From an uncultured Desulfospira sp. (lineage in GTDB: Bacteria > Desulfobacterota > Desulfobacteria > Desulfobacterales > Desulfobacteraceae): DNA of 64,000 nt. The notes beneath the pieces are model-generated. The model had not been told where the DNA came from. It was given only the letters and a program-made list of their open reading frames with translations, and searched no databases. Location: the NCBI GenBank assembly GCA_963663165.1, contig OY760175.1, positions 6,016,001 to 6,080,000 of the forward strand. The letters run 5' to 3'. Position 1 is the first letter of the stretch. Each line of letters opens with the position of its first letter. Shown here piece by piece: positions 10,111 to 19,073 of the stretch. A program made the translations under genes and the position numbers.

Positions 10111-10259
10111 TAGTGCTTGAACGAATCCCGGTGTTTGGACGAAAAGTTGCCCATATGCAAGGCGCAGAAAAATTTGCAACCGGAGCAACCATAAGGGTTG
10201 TGAGGATTGCAAATTTTTCTGCAACGCAGCAGATGGGTGACTTTTCGTTCAAACACCTA
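10111..10259. repeat. palindromic MITE/REP-like element, family A (TAGTG...CAC(C)TA ends)
   Basis: GGTGTTTGGACGAAAAG...CTTTTCGTTCAAACACC arms around a nested GCAGAAAAATTTGCAA/TTGCAAATTTTTCTGC stem; shorter copy at 37914-37968. Confidence 0.8.
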
Positions 10260-10838
10260 ATTTTTCTCTCCGAAGTAATCCTCCCCGTCCGCCGGCGTCA
10301 CCACCCAGTAAGCCTGAAACGAGGCGTTTGAAGTGTTCTTGATCACATGGGGAATCTGGGAAAAAAAAGAGACCGAGTCCCCTTCATGAATTTCAAATTC
10401 CTCTTCCCCGTAAACGAGAAGGGCCGACCCCTTTACCACGATCCCCAGTTCCCTTCCCAAATGGCCGTTTTTGGCATCCCCCCGTTCCTGGCCCGGTTCA
10501 AGGACCATGAAAAATGCATTAAACGAGTGGTTTCCCCTGGCCTGGCTGTCACCACAGAGGGTTTCATACTTGAACCCCTTTCGCTGGTATTTTTTTCTTT
10601 GGTCTTTTTTGATGATTTCAACCTTGGAATGGGTTTCATAATCCCTGAAAAATTTATTGGGGGACACCCCGTAAACTTCAAGGAGCTGGAGCAGGGTATC
10701 CAGGGAAGGGGAAATCCGGTTCCGTTCGATCTGGGACAGCAGGCTGGAGCTGACCCCGGCCTTGGTGGCCACCTCTTTGATGGTTAAATGTCTTGAGTTG
10801 CGGGTAGCCCGTAACAGGGCCCCGAGTTTTGTCTTCAT
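10257..10838 (-). CDS. XRE-family HTH regulator with cupin domain (PuuR-like)
   Basis: LTIKEVATKAGVSSSLLSQIERNRISPS HTH; H.GRE and GDSVSFFSQIPH cupin motifs. Confidence 0.92.
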   Translation of the reverse strand: MKTKLGALLRATRNSRHLTIKEVATKAGVSSSLLSQIERNRISPSLDTLLQLLEVYGVSPNKFFRDYETHSKVEIIKKDQRKKYQRKGFKYETLCGDSQARGNHSFNAFFMVLEPGQERGDAKNGHLGRELGIVVKGSALLVYGEEEFEIHEGDSVSFFSQIPHVIKNTSNASFQAYWVVTPADGEDYFGEKN

Positions 10839-10854
10839 AGTCGATCCATAAAGA

Positions 10855-10907
10855 TTTAAGTATATTTAATTTTTATTTAAGAATACTTAAATTATTTGGA
10901 TTGTCAA
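10855..10907 (-). promoter_or_regulatory. sigma70-like promoter with overlapping palindromic operator (probable XRE autoregulation)
   Basis: TTGACA on minus at 10902-10907, TATTCT at 10880-10885; inverted repeat TTTAAGTAT (10855-10863) / ATACTTAAA (10883-10891). Confidence 0.55.
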
Positions 10908-11061
10908 TCCTTTTATTCAGCGGCGGTTATCCTGTGATACGTCGGTTTGAAAATTGTTTTTTGGGAGTTCGGATGATATATAGGGATACGCTGCAAATGA
11001 ATGGCTTTTTGTTCGAACACGATATTAGAATTTTTATCCCGGCTTTGCCTGGGGCTTGCTA

Positions 11062-11212
11062 TATAACGGCCACGGGCCGCTTTGGTTATCCAACCAAGAG
11101 CCGCCCACAACAAATATTGAAAGTCTTCTCAGGACGTTAGGGAGCCTTTCTTATAACGGATACGGGCCGCCTTGGTTATCCAACCAGGAACCGCCCACAA
11201 CGAATAATGAAA
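11062..11212 (+). repeat. dispersed ~90-bp repeat, family B (one full plus one partial tandem copy)
   Basis: TATAACGG..CGGGCCGC.TTGGTTATCCAACCA...CCGCCCACAAC.AATA.TGAAA at 11062 and 11152; other copies at 37967-38059 (-) and 43937-44030 (+). Confidence 0.85.
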
Positions 11213-11306
11213 CTGAAAATACCAGCAACGGTAGACTATAAATTGGGCACCGCAGGTGCTTCGCCCTCTTGTCTCCAGTTTCTTATAAAACCGGTAATAC
11301 GTTGAC

Positions 11307-13496
11307 ATGCAGTTTTTGAAATTTTCCTTTAACAGGCTGGGACACCGTTCTTTGCTGAAATCCTTATTATGGGTGGTCCCCCTGCTGCTGTCCCTTTTTG
11401 CGGGGGCAGGCATGCGGTTATGGGAGGTCCCTGAATGGGACCGGCCCGGGTTGACCGCCGCCGGCGAAATCCTTCTTTCCAAACATGACGGCTATGGCTG
11501 GCTGGCCGGGGCCAAGCAGATCAATCAGCACAGTTCGGCCCCGTTTGCCATTTTCATCCGGGGGCTGCATGAGGCCACCGGGATCCCCCTTGACCGGATT
11601 GCTTTCTGGCTTCCGGCGGTGGCGGCACCCCTGGCCGCGGTCCCCGCCTTTGTGCTGGCACTCTGGTGGGGTATTCCTGAAGCCGGTTTGGTGGCCGGTA
11701 TCATGGCCGGCTCGTCCATAGGGTATTTTATCCGCACCCGTGTCACCTGTCTTGATACCGATCTGATTACCCTGCTGTTTCCCTTGTGCCTGGCTGCGGG
11801 GTTGATGATGTGGATTGAATCTGTGGCGCCGCCGCCCCGAGGCCGGGGGAATGCCCCCACATCCGGGGCCATTTTGTTTCAGGCCTTTTTGCTTGGGCTT
11901 CTGTTTCGCTGTTATCTTGCCTTTTACCCCAGTGGCGAACCCGTGGGGCTTTGCATCATTGCAACGGCCCTGGTGACCGGCATGGTTCTTTCCCCCCCCC
12001 CATTTCGCCTGCAGATGGCCTGGGGCATTCTGATGGTCTGCCTTGTGGGCGGCGGATCTTTGACGGCCACCGGTCTTGGGGCCGGGGTGGTGGCTCTCAG
12101 CCTGCTGCGGCCCGGCCTGTTTGCTCGGAAGGATGCCGCTTTGCTGCTGCTTTTGGGGCTGCTGGCCGCCTTGTGGTGGCTTTCTGATCTGGGGACAGCT
12201 GCTTCTGATCTTTGGTTTCATCTGAGCCGTTACGGCCGCATGGCGGACCACGGGGGGACGGCCGGGCTGCCTTCTGTTATCGACACCGTTCCCGAGGCCT
12301 GGCCGGTGAGCCTTGACGGGGCTGTTTTTTTTATGGCCGGCAATTGGCCGATTTTTATTGCCGGTCTGGTGGGGCTGGCCATTGTTTTGTGGAAGCATCC
12401 TGCCGCCTTGATGCTGCTGCCGCTGCTGGCCCTGGGATTTGGAAGCGTTAAGCTGGGCATCCGGTTCACCATGTACGGCGGCGGGGTGCTCGGGATCGGG
12501 CTTGCCTGCGGGACGGCCCTGTGGCTGCGTGGAATTCGTGCGCCGTTTTGGGTATCCATGGCCGCCCAGCTGATACTGCTTATGGCGGTTTGCCATCCCC
12601 TTGTCAAAACGGTTGACGCCGTGGATCCTGAGCCGGTTATCTCAAAGCCCCTGGCCAGTGCTTTGCTGGAATTAAAGCAGGCCTCGGCCCCGGATGCCCA
12701 GGTATGGATTTGGTGGGATAAGGGATACGCGGCCCAGTATTATGCCGAACGGATGACCCTGGCCGACGGCTACCGCAACTCGGCCGAAGCCATTTTTCCC
12801 CTGGCCTATGTCCACACGGCGGATACGCCTTTGAGTGCCTATCAGATGATGGCACGGTGCGCTTTGCTTCAGCAGGCCGAAGGGCCGGAGGAAGCGCAGG
12901 GATCACGGTATCCCATATACCCCAATCCCTTTGTGGATCTGATACCGGGCAAGCCGCCGGAATTCATGCACCGTTTTCTTAATGGGCTCAAACAGCCAAA
13001 GGCCGCCTGGTCCCACGACCTGCCCGATCAGTACCTGGTGCTGACCTGGGAAAATCTTAAAAAGGCTCATACCATTCTGTCTTACGGCACCTGGGACTTT
13101 ATAAATGGAAGGTCCGGCCCGGGGAATTTTACGGTGGTCCGGGAACGGGGCCTGTTTGATATGCAGCATGGCACAATGAAACTTAAAACCAGAACCTACC
13201 CCTTAAGATCCCGGACCATCATTGCCGGCAGCGGGAAAAAACGGTTTACCTGGCCCCAGAAGGACGGCCGGCATGCGGTTTCCATAAAAGGCGGCGATGT
13301 TACGTTCCTGATGGATGATGGGGCCTGGCAGACCATGATGGTGCAAATGCTTTTGGACACCCCCAAAGATTTTTTACCCTATTTTGACCTGGTCATTGAC
13401 CAGTTTCCCCTGGTTCGAATCTACCGGGTCAATCCCATTTTAACCCGCCTTCCCCCGGGCACTGTTCTTCCGGAAAGGACCCGTTATGACAGGTAG
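11307..13496 (+). CDS. pglB: STT3/PglB-family oligosaccharyltransferase
   Basis: Multi-TM N-terminal half; DGY, DTD, TVPE (TIXE-like) and WWDKG motifs. Confidence 0.85.
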   Translation: MQFLKFSFNRLGHRSLLKSLLWVVPLLLSLFAGAGMRLWEVPEWDRPGLTAAGEILLSKHDGYGWLAGAKQINQHSSAPFAIFIRGLHEATGIPLDRIAFWLPAVAAPLAAVPAFVLALWWGIPEAGLVAGIMAGSSIGYFIRTRVTCLDTDLITLLFPLCLAAGLMMWIESVAPPPRGRGNAPTSGAILFQAFLLGLLFRCYLAFYPSGEPVGLCIIATALVTGMVLSPPPFRLQMAWGILMVCLVGGGSLTATGLGAGVVALSLLRPGLFARKDAALLLLLGLLAALWWLSDLGTAASDLWFHLSRYGRMADHGGTAGLPSVIDTVPEAWPVSLDGAVFFMAGNWPIFIAGLVGLAIVLWKHPAALMLLPLLALGFGSVKLGIRFTMYGGGVLGIGLACGTALWLRGIRAPFWVSMAAQLILLMAVCHPLVKTVDAVDPEPVISKPLASALLELKQASAPDAQVWIWWDKGYAAQYYAERMTLADGYRNSAEAIFPLAYVHTADTPLSAYQMMARCALLQQAEGPEEAQGSRYPIYPNPFVDLIPGKPPEFMHRFLNGLKQPKAAWSHDLPDQYLVLTWENLKKAHTILSYGTWDFINGRSGPGNFTVVRERGLFDMQHGTMKLKTRTYPLRSRTIIAGSGKKRFTWPQKDGRHAVSIKGGDVTFLMDDGAWQTMMVQMLLDTPKDFLPYFDLVIDQFPLVRIYRVNPILTRLPPGTVLPERTRYDR

Positions 13497-14637
13497 ACAA
13501 CCCATTCGCCTGGTGTTGACCGGAGGGGAGACCGGCGGTCATCTTTATCCGGCCCTGGCCGTTTCCGAGGCACTGGCCAGGCTGGTTCCCGGGTCTGAAT
13601 CCATTTATGTGGGCGCCCCGGGCCGCGTGGATATGGAAAAAAATATCGGGGCCCAAATCACCACCCATTCCCTTTGCATCTCCCCTTATGACCGGAAAAA
13701 TCTGTTTAAAAATTTTGTCCTTCCCTGGCAGCTTTTAAACAGTTTTGTTAACGCTTTGGGGATCCTGCGGTCATACCGCCCCCATGCCGTAATGGGGGTG
13801 GGGGCGTTTCCCAGTGTGCCGGTGATCCTGGCCGCACGGATGGCCAACATCCCCACACTCCTGCTTGAACCCAATGCCCAACCGGGCATGGCAAACCGGC
13901 TGCTGGCAAAAACGGTACACCGGATCTGTGTCTCAAAAGAAGGGATGGGAGATTTTTTTCCTGAAAATAAGGTGGTAATCACCGGTACTCCGGTAAGAAG
14001 CCGGTTGTTGGCGGATGGGGTGAACCGGCAGCAGGGACACGCATTGTTCGGTATCCGTCAAGGCCGCCGGACCGTGCTGGCCATTGGCGGCAGCACCGGG
14101 TCTGCCGCTATTAACACCATGATTCTGGAAAACCTGGACCTTTTTGCCGGCCGTGTCGGCCATTTGATCTGGCTGACCGGGGAAAGGGATGAACCGCGTA
14201 TTCGCAGCCTTCTGGGCAGCCGCATGCCAGAAAACGTTACCCTGCTGCCCTACATTGACCGGATGGGCCTGGCCTATGCCGCAGCCGACCTGGTGGTCTC
14301 GTCTGCCGGGGCGGTCAGCCTTTCGGAACTTTCACTGCTGGGCAAGCCGGCCGTGATTATCCCGGACCCCACGGTCACGGAAAATCACCAGCGGAACAAT
14401 GCACGGGATCTTTACGACGAAAATGCCTGTGTTCTGGTCGGGGCAGACAGCCCTTCCCGGAACGCAGGGCTGATTATTGAACTGCTGAACAATCCCCCCA
14501 AGCTTGAACGGTTGAAAATCAATATTTTAAAGCATGCCCAGCCCCGGGCCGCCCACTTGATTGTTGAGCAGATTTTACAGCTTGCAGACTTTAAAAAGAC
14601 TCAAATGTCAGGCGGCCCTGGCTCTGGTACTCCGTAA
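13486..14637 (+). CDS. MurG-like GT28 glycosyltransferase (outside a dcw cluster)
   Basis: GGETGGHLYPA, EPNAQPGMANR, TGTPVR, GGSTGS, AYAAADLVVSSAGA, HQRNNA. Confidence 0.85.
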   Translation: MTGRQPIRLVLTGGETGGHLYPALAVSEALARLVPGSESIYVGAPGRVDMEKNIGAQITTHSLCISPYDRKNLFKNFVLPWQLLNSFVNALGILRSYRPHAVMGVGAFPSVPVILAARMANIPTLLLEPNAQPGMANRLLAKTVHRICVSKEGMGDFFPENKVVITGTPVRSRLLADGVNRQQGHALFGIRQGRRTVLAIGGSTGSAAINTMILENLDLFAGRVGHLIWLTGERDEPRIRSLLGSRMPENVTLLPYIDRMGLAYAAADLVVSSAGAVSLSELSLLGKPAVIIPDPTVTENHQRNNARDLYDENACVLVGADSPSRNAGLIIELLNNPPKLERLKINILKHAQPRAAHLIVEQILQLADFKKTQMSGGPGSGTP

Positions 14638-15217
14638 TCAGGGTTTTAAAATCCGGTATATGGTTATCTTCAATTTCAATGTCATGGTCAACCATATCCG
14701 AATACCGTGTGTCCGTGATCAGGGGATCAAAACGGGAAATCTGGTTTAAAAAGATGTCATTAAAGTCATAGGCCAGCTGAATTTTAAACGGCTGCCGGTT
14801 CACCAGCCGGACCAGTTTATCCTGATTGATGGCCGTTTCAACCGCCTGGGAATAGGCTTCGATCAGGCCCCGGACCCCAAGTTTGACCCCGCCGAAGTGG
14901 CGGGTGACTACCACGGCCACCCGGGTCATGTCATGGGCGGCTAAGGTATTGAGCATGGGCTTTCCGGCCGTGCCTGAAGGCTCCCCGGCATCCGAGCTGT
15001 GGCTGATCTGTCCTTGATCCCCCACAATATAGGCCCAGCAGTTGTGGGTGGCGGTTTTGTTTTCCTTTGATATCTTTGAGATAAAGGCCTTGGCCGATTC
15101 AATGGAAGCGGCATGGGCCATGGTGCAGATAAAGACAGAGCGCCGGATTTTGATTTCAAAGCGCCGGACCGGATCTGAATCCACCCGGCCCACGGAATAG
15201 TAGTATTTTTTTTCCAT
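14591..15217 (-). CDS. YigZ/IMPACT family protein
   Basis: ATHNCWAY, SDAGEPSGTAGKPML, TRHFGGVKLGVRGLIEAY. Confidence 0.92.
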   Translation of the reverse strand: MEKKYYYSVGRVDSDPVRRFEIKIRRSVFICTMAHAASIESAKAFISKISKENKTATHNCWAYIVGDQGQISHSSDAGEPSGTAGKPMLNTLAAHDMTRVAVVVTRHFGGVKLGVRGLIEAYSQAVETAINQDKLVRLVNRQPFKIQLAYDFNDIFLNQISRFDPLITDTRYSDMVDHDIEIEDNHIPDFKTLITEYQSQGRLTFESF

Positions 15218-15258
15218 CCCCGCCAATCTACTCTTCGAGGGGGGGGAATGTCAACCGG

Positions 15259-15305
15259 AGACCGGAGGAAGGGAGACGGGAGACCGAATACGGCAAGTTC
15301 CCTGG
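15259..15305. repeat. 47-bp dispersed repeat, family C (inverted copy at 32399-32445)
   Basis: AGACCGGAGGAAGGGAGACGGGAGACCGAATACGGCAAGTTCCCTGG; the reverse complement at 32399-32445 differs by 1 nt. Confidence 0.85.
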
Positions 15306-15318
15306 TTTGAGCGGTAGG

Positions 15319-15346
15319 GTAGGGGCGATTCATGAATCGCCCCTAC
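15319..15346. repeat. GTAG-type REP palindrome
   Basis: GTAGGGGCGATTCATGAATCGCCCCTAC is a perfect 28-bp palindrome. Confidence 0.75.
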
Positions 15347-15425
15347 TTAAAAGCCATTTGATTCCAGGTGCCAACCATGTTATTTTGCGCAAAAAATGAT
15401 GAAAGAAAATATTTAAAGCATATCC

Positions 15426-15644
15426 ATGGAAAAACACGCTGAGTTTGTTTTAGAAGCAAAGACCGCAAAAAACTGCTGGGAGCATATTCACAAAATATAC
15501 CCGGCCGAAGGGTTTAAATCCTGTTACCCTACCCGGGAGGATGCCCATGAGGCCAAATCAAATTTAAAACAGCTGCTGCACGGCCGGTGGAAGGGGAAGG
15601 TGAGCAAGTATCCCATCCGGATTCGTGAAATCAAATTGGGTTAG
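15426..15644 (+). CDS. small hypothetical protein
   Basis: 72-aa ORF in otherwise empty space, converging on the helicase; weak RBS. Confidence 0.5.
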   Translation: MEKHAEFVLEAKTAKNCWEHIHKIYPAEGFKSCYPTREDAHEAKSNLKQLLHGRWKGKVSKYPIRIREIKLG

Positions 15645-18132
15645 TGTTTGAAAGGTATTCGACATGCCCCATGACCAGCCGGATTTCACCGTAGGAATAA
15701 TCCTCTCCCAAAACGGTTTTCACTTCCTTTAAAGAGCCGGTGGCATCTTTTTCCAAGGCTGCGGCAATGGTGTTAACCTTTTCTTCGGGCACCAGGCGGC
15801 TGATGTCAAGCGCTCCTTTCCGGATGAACTCGCTTAAGTGGGTTAGGACGGTGTTTTCCACCAGTCCCCGTTCTTTGGCTATTTTGGCTGGAGTCATGCC
15901 TTGATTGAACATGTCAAAACTGACCTGGCCTGTATCCTTGGATGTGTCGGCTTGTTTTTTAGGGACACCCGGGTCAGGCTCAGGGGGCGGACCGGGCAGG
16001 TCCACCGTTTCAATCTGATGCTCTTTTCGATAGGCCGTCACCATGGAAAGAATATCATCTCCGTATTTTTTGATGGTCTGGGTGCCCACCCCGTTTATTT
16101 TTTTCAAGGCGGTCCGGTTATCCGGCAGGGTTACCACAATCTGGATCAGGACCCGCTGGTGAAGAATCTGAAACGGCGCTATCCCTAAGTTAAGGGCCTT
16201 TTGTTTTCTCCAGGCTTTAAAGGTTTCAAACAGATCCGGATGACTGATGTCGGATTCCCTGTAATCCGGGGCAGCCTTTTTTACGGTGGCTCTGGAACTT
16301 GCCGTAAGCTCGGTGCCGGAAACAAAACGAAGGTATCTGGCACAGGAAAATCCCTGTTCACAGGATTTAATCCCGGCAAGCCGGGTCTGGATTTCCTGGA
16401 TAAGGTTGTCTGTACTGTTGCCAAGCTTTTTTTTCAGGACGGTGTTGTCTGTTTCAATGTGAAAGTTTTCCAGAAGATCCGTGAACAGGGTGTTGAATTT
16501 TTCTTGAAACCAGGCCGATGCCTTGGCGGTCCGCTCTTTGATATAGGGATCGGATTCCGGCAGGCGGTCCGGGGAAAAGGCCCGGGTCATCTGAAGGATA
16601 AATTTTTGCCCCACCGTGAAAATGTCCATGTCGGCTTTTTTTCTTAATTCTTCAGGGGCGGATAGGCCGGATACATGGATCACGCCCTGGTTTCCAAGGA
16701 TCAGGCGGATCAGGTAGTTGAGCTGGTTTTTAAGTTGACCGAAATCAAAACACTGAACCAGAAGAGCCTGCTGAAACTTTAGTTTGGCATCGGACAGAAG
16801 GGCTTCTGGCGGCATGTCTTTGCCGGTTTCACCGCAGAAGTTGAGAACCGCCGGATCTGCGCCAAGACCGTTGGCCCGGACGGGCGAACTTAACACAATG
16901 CCGTCAAGGGTCTTGCACCGGCTCAACGCCACATACACCTGGCCGTGGGCAAAGGCGTCAACCGCATCAATAACGCACCGGTCAAAGGTAAGACCCTGGC
17001 TTTTGTGGATGGTCACGGCCCAGGCCAGTTTCAAGGGGTACTGTTTGAATTTGCCGATCACATCCTCGGTGATTTCCCCTTGCGCTTCATCCACCGTGTA
17101 CTTGATGTTTTCCCATTCCACCGGTTCCACGTTGATGACATTTGATTCTCCAGGACACTGAATGGCAATATTGCCGCTGCTGATGGCAACAATCCGGCCG
17201 ATTTTACCGTTGTAGTATAGTTTGTCCTCGGACGTGTCGTTTTTAAGAAACATGACCTGGGCCCCTTTTTTGAGAACCAGGCTGTCCGGGGCAGGGAAGG
17301 TGTGGTCGGGGAACTCGCCGGAAACCTTTGCCAGAAACCGGTACTCTGCCTGGTTTAACAGGGCGAGCCTGCCTTTGTTGATGGCATCGGCCTTGTTGTT
17401 GTGGGTGGTCAGGGTGATCCAGCCCTGGCCCGGTTCCGGGGTGAACTGTACATTGACCCGCTGGTTGAGACGTTCAAGGGTCGTGGGGATTTCCCGGTTT
17501 TCCCGCACCCGGTTTAAGATGTGAATAAAGTCTGAATCTGACTGCCTGAAAATTTGTTTGAGTTCAACCGTAACCAGCCGGTTTCGGTCAAGGGCATGGC
17601 TTGAAAAAAAATAAACGGTTTCATAATGTTCTTTGAGCAGGTGCCATTCCTCTTTGCGGGCCACAGGGGAGAGCTGGTGCAGATCCCCGATCATGAGCAG
17701 CTGGACCCCGCCAAAGGGGCGATCGCTTCTTCTGTGCCGGCGAAGGACCGCATCCACGCTATCCAGAAGATCAGCCCGGACCATGCTGATTTCGTCAATG
17801 ACCAGCAGATCCAGGGCCCGGATAATTTTCTTTTTTTCTTTGCTGAACCGGAACATGCGCTGCCGGCCGCTTTCATAGGCCTCGCTTCCCGGGATAAACG
17901 GCCCAAAGGGCAGTTGAAAAAAAGAGTGAAGGGTAACGCCGCCGGCATTGATGGCCGCAACCCCGGTAGGGGCGGTGATAATCAGCCGTTTGGCAGATTC
18001 TTGTTTTAACCGGGAAAGGAAGGTGGTTTTGCCGGTGCCGGCCTTACCGGTCAGAAACACATGGCAGTGGGTATATTCCACAAATTCCCTGGCCAGCTTG
18101 AGTTCCGGATTGTCGGATAAGTTTTGTGTCAT
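15631..18132 (-). CDS. Pif1/RecD-like SF1B helicase with HRDC and C-terminal HTH domains
   Basis: GKAGTGKT, DEISM, GDLHQL, TIHKSQG, YVALSR; HRDC (WRKQKA..PFQIL..GVG..KYGDDIL); IAKERGLVENTVLTHL HTH. Confidence 0.92.
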   Translation of the reverse strand: MTQNLSDNPELKLAREFVEYTHCHVFLTGKAGTGKTTFLSRLKQESAKRLIITAPTGVAAINAGGVTLHSFFQLPFGPFIPGSEAYESGRQRMFRFSKEKKKIIRALDLLVIDEISMVRADLLDSVDAVLRRHRRSDRPFGGVQLLMIGDLHQLSPVARKEEWHLLKEHYETVYFFSSHALDRNRLVTVELKQIFRQSDSDFIHILNRVRENREIPTTLERLNQRVNVQFTPEPGQGWITLTTHNNKADAINKGRLALLNQAEYRFLAKVSGEFPDHTFPAPDSLVLKKGAQVMFLKNDTSEDKLYYNGKIGRIVAISSGNIAIQCPGESNVINVEPVEWENIKYTVDEAQGEITEDVIGKFKQYPLKLAWAVTIHKSQGLTFDRCVIDAVDAFAHGQVYVALSRCKTLDGIVLSSPVRANGLGADPAVLNFCGETGKDMPPEALLSDAKLKFQQALLVQCFDFGQLKNQLNYLIRLILGNQGVIHVSGLSAPEELRKKADMDIFTVGQKFILQMTRAFSPDRLPESDPYIKERTAKASAWFQEKFNTLFTDLLENFHIETDNTVLKKKLGNSTDNLIQEIQTRLAGIKSCEQGFSCARYLRFVSGTELTASSRATVKKAAPDYRESDISHPDLFETFKAWRKQKALNLGIAPFQILHQRVLIQIVVTLPDNRTALKKINGVGTQTIKKYGDDILSMVTAYRKEHQIETVDLPGPPPEPDPGVPKKQADTSKDTGQVSFDMFNQGMTPAKIAKERGLVENTVLTHLSEFIRKGALDISRLVPEEKVNTIAAALEKDATGSLKEVKTVLGEDYSYGEIRLVMGHVEYLSNTNPI

Positions 18133-18311
18133 TTTTTTATCCCCCAGCCTTCAATCTTGAGGTCATCATGTTTTTTTTTGATTAACCATTCAAAATTGCA
18201 TAAAAATCTTAAGCGAAAGCCGCGAAGCAGTCTTGCCTTTTTTATCCTGCTAGTCTATGCTTTGTCCATGATTTTAAGGTTTGCTTGAATTTTTTCCCTT
18301 GAAGGTCGTCA

Positions 18312-18860
18312 ATGAAAAGATCACTAATCCTGATCCTGTTAAGCCTGTTTTTTGCGGCAGATTCCTGGGCGGTCACCCATGAGACCCCCATAGGGACAGG
18401 CAGTCCTGTGTTTCAGGAAAACCCTGAACAAAAATTTCGGCAGTTCATTCCCTTTATCGCAGAAAGCTTTATCGGCATCCCTTACCGGTTCGGCGGGAAT
18501 CCCCAGGTAACGGGCACATCAGACAATTCCTACCTGTTTTATTCCATATACACCATGGCCGCCCGTGAAGCCGGGCTCAAATACCATGGGTATCTTCCCA
18601 TGAAAGCCTTATTGGAACGGGTGGGCAAAGTAAACCGGGATCAGGTCAGAAACGGTGACCTGCTGGTATTGAACAACAACCTGGCCGCCATGGTTTACAA
18701 GGTGGAGAGATCAGGCAAACTTCACTTTATTTATACCTCCAAAAAACGGGGCCAGGTGTTTTCCTTTAACACGGATAACGTGGTATTCCAGGTTTACTGG
18801 ATGGAAAATTTAAAGGGGTTCTACCGGCTGTCCCGCACCATGCTTTCTCCGGCAAAATAA
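18312..18860 (+). CDS. secreted NlpC/P60-like protein lacking the catalytic Cys
   Basis: Signal peptide; FIGIPYRFGG and GDLLV motifs; DCS motif appears as DNS. Confidence 0.7.
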   Translation: MKRSLILILLSLFFAADSWAVTHETPIGTGSPVFQENPEQKFRQFIPFIAESFIGIPYRFGGNPQVTGTSDNSYLFYSIYTMAAREAGLKYHGYLPMKALLERVGKVNRDQVRNGDLLVLNNNLAAMVYKVERSGKLHFIYTSKKRGQVFSFNTDNVVFQVYWMENLKGFYRLSRTMLSPAK

Positions 18861-19073
18861 GCCGGGCGGTGGATTGGTTTCTGGTGAGGCAGGTTCTTTT
18901 TTTCTTAACATTCGGGGCATAACCCTTGAAAATTCGGGCCTGATGATTTATCTATAAAGATATCTGACAAGCTTCCACAGCAGCTTGAACCAAAATTCAT
19001 CCGTTGATGATTTATCTATAAACATATCTTACCCCCTTGGAGGGCATGGGAAAAACAAGGAAAGAAACGTTCA

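Noticed and set aside
10070..10331. Small ORFs over repeat elements (10070-10252, 10089-10331, 19957-20193, 59662-59898, 11056-11241)
   Set aside because: They are translations of palindromic or heptamer repeats.
11062..11212. Tandem 90-bp repeats as a possible CRISPR array
   Set aside because: Only two units, no unique spacers, copies dispersed elsewhere, and no cas genes.
11418..12596. 392-aa minus-strand ORF, and similar shadows (436-1380, 1946-2731, 21573-22430, 55128-55907)
   Set aside because: All lie antisense to well-supported genes and have low-complexity, atypical composition.
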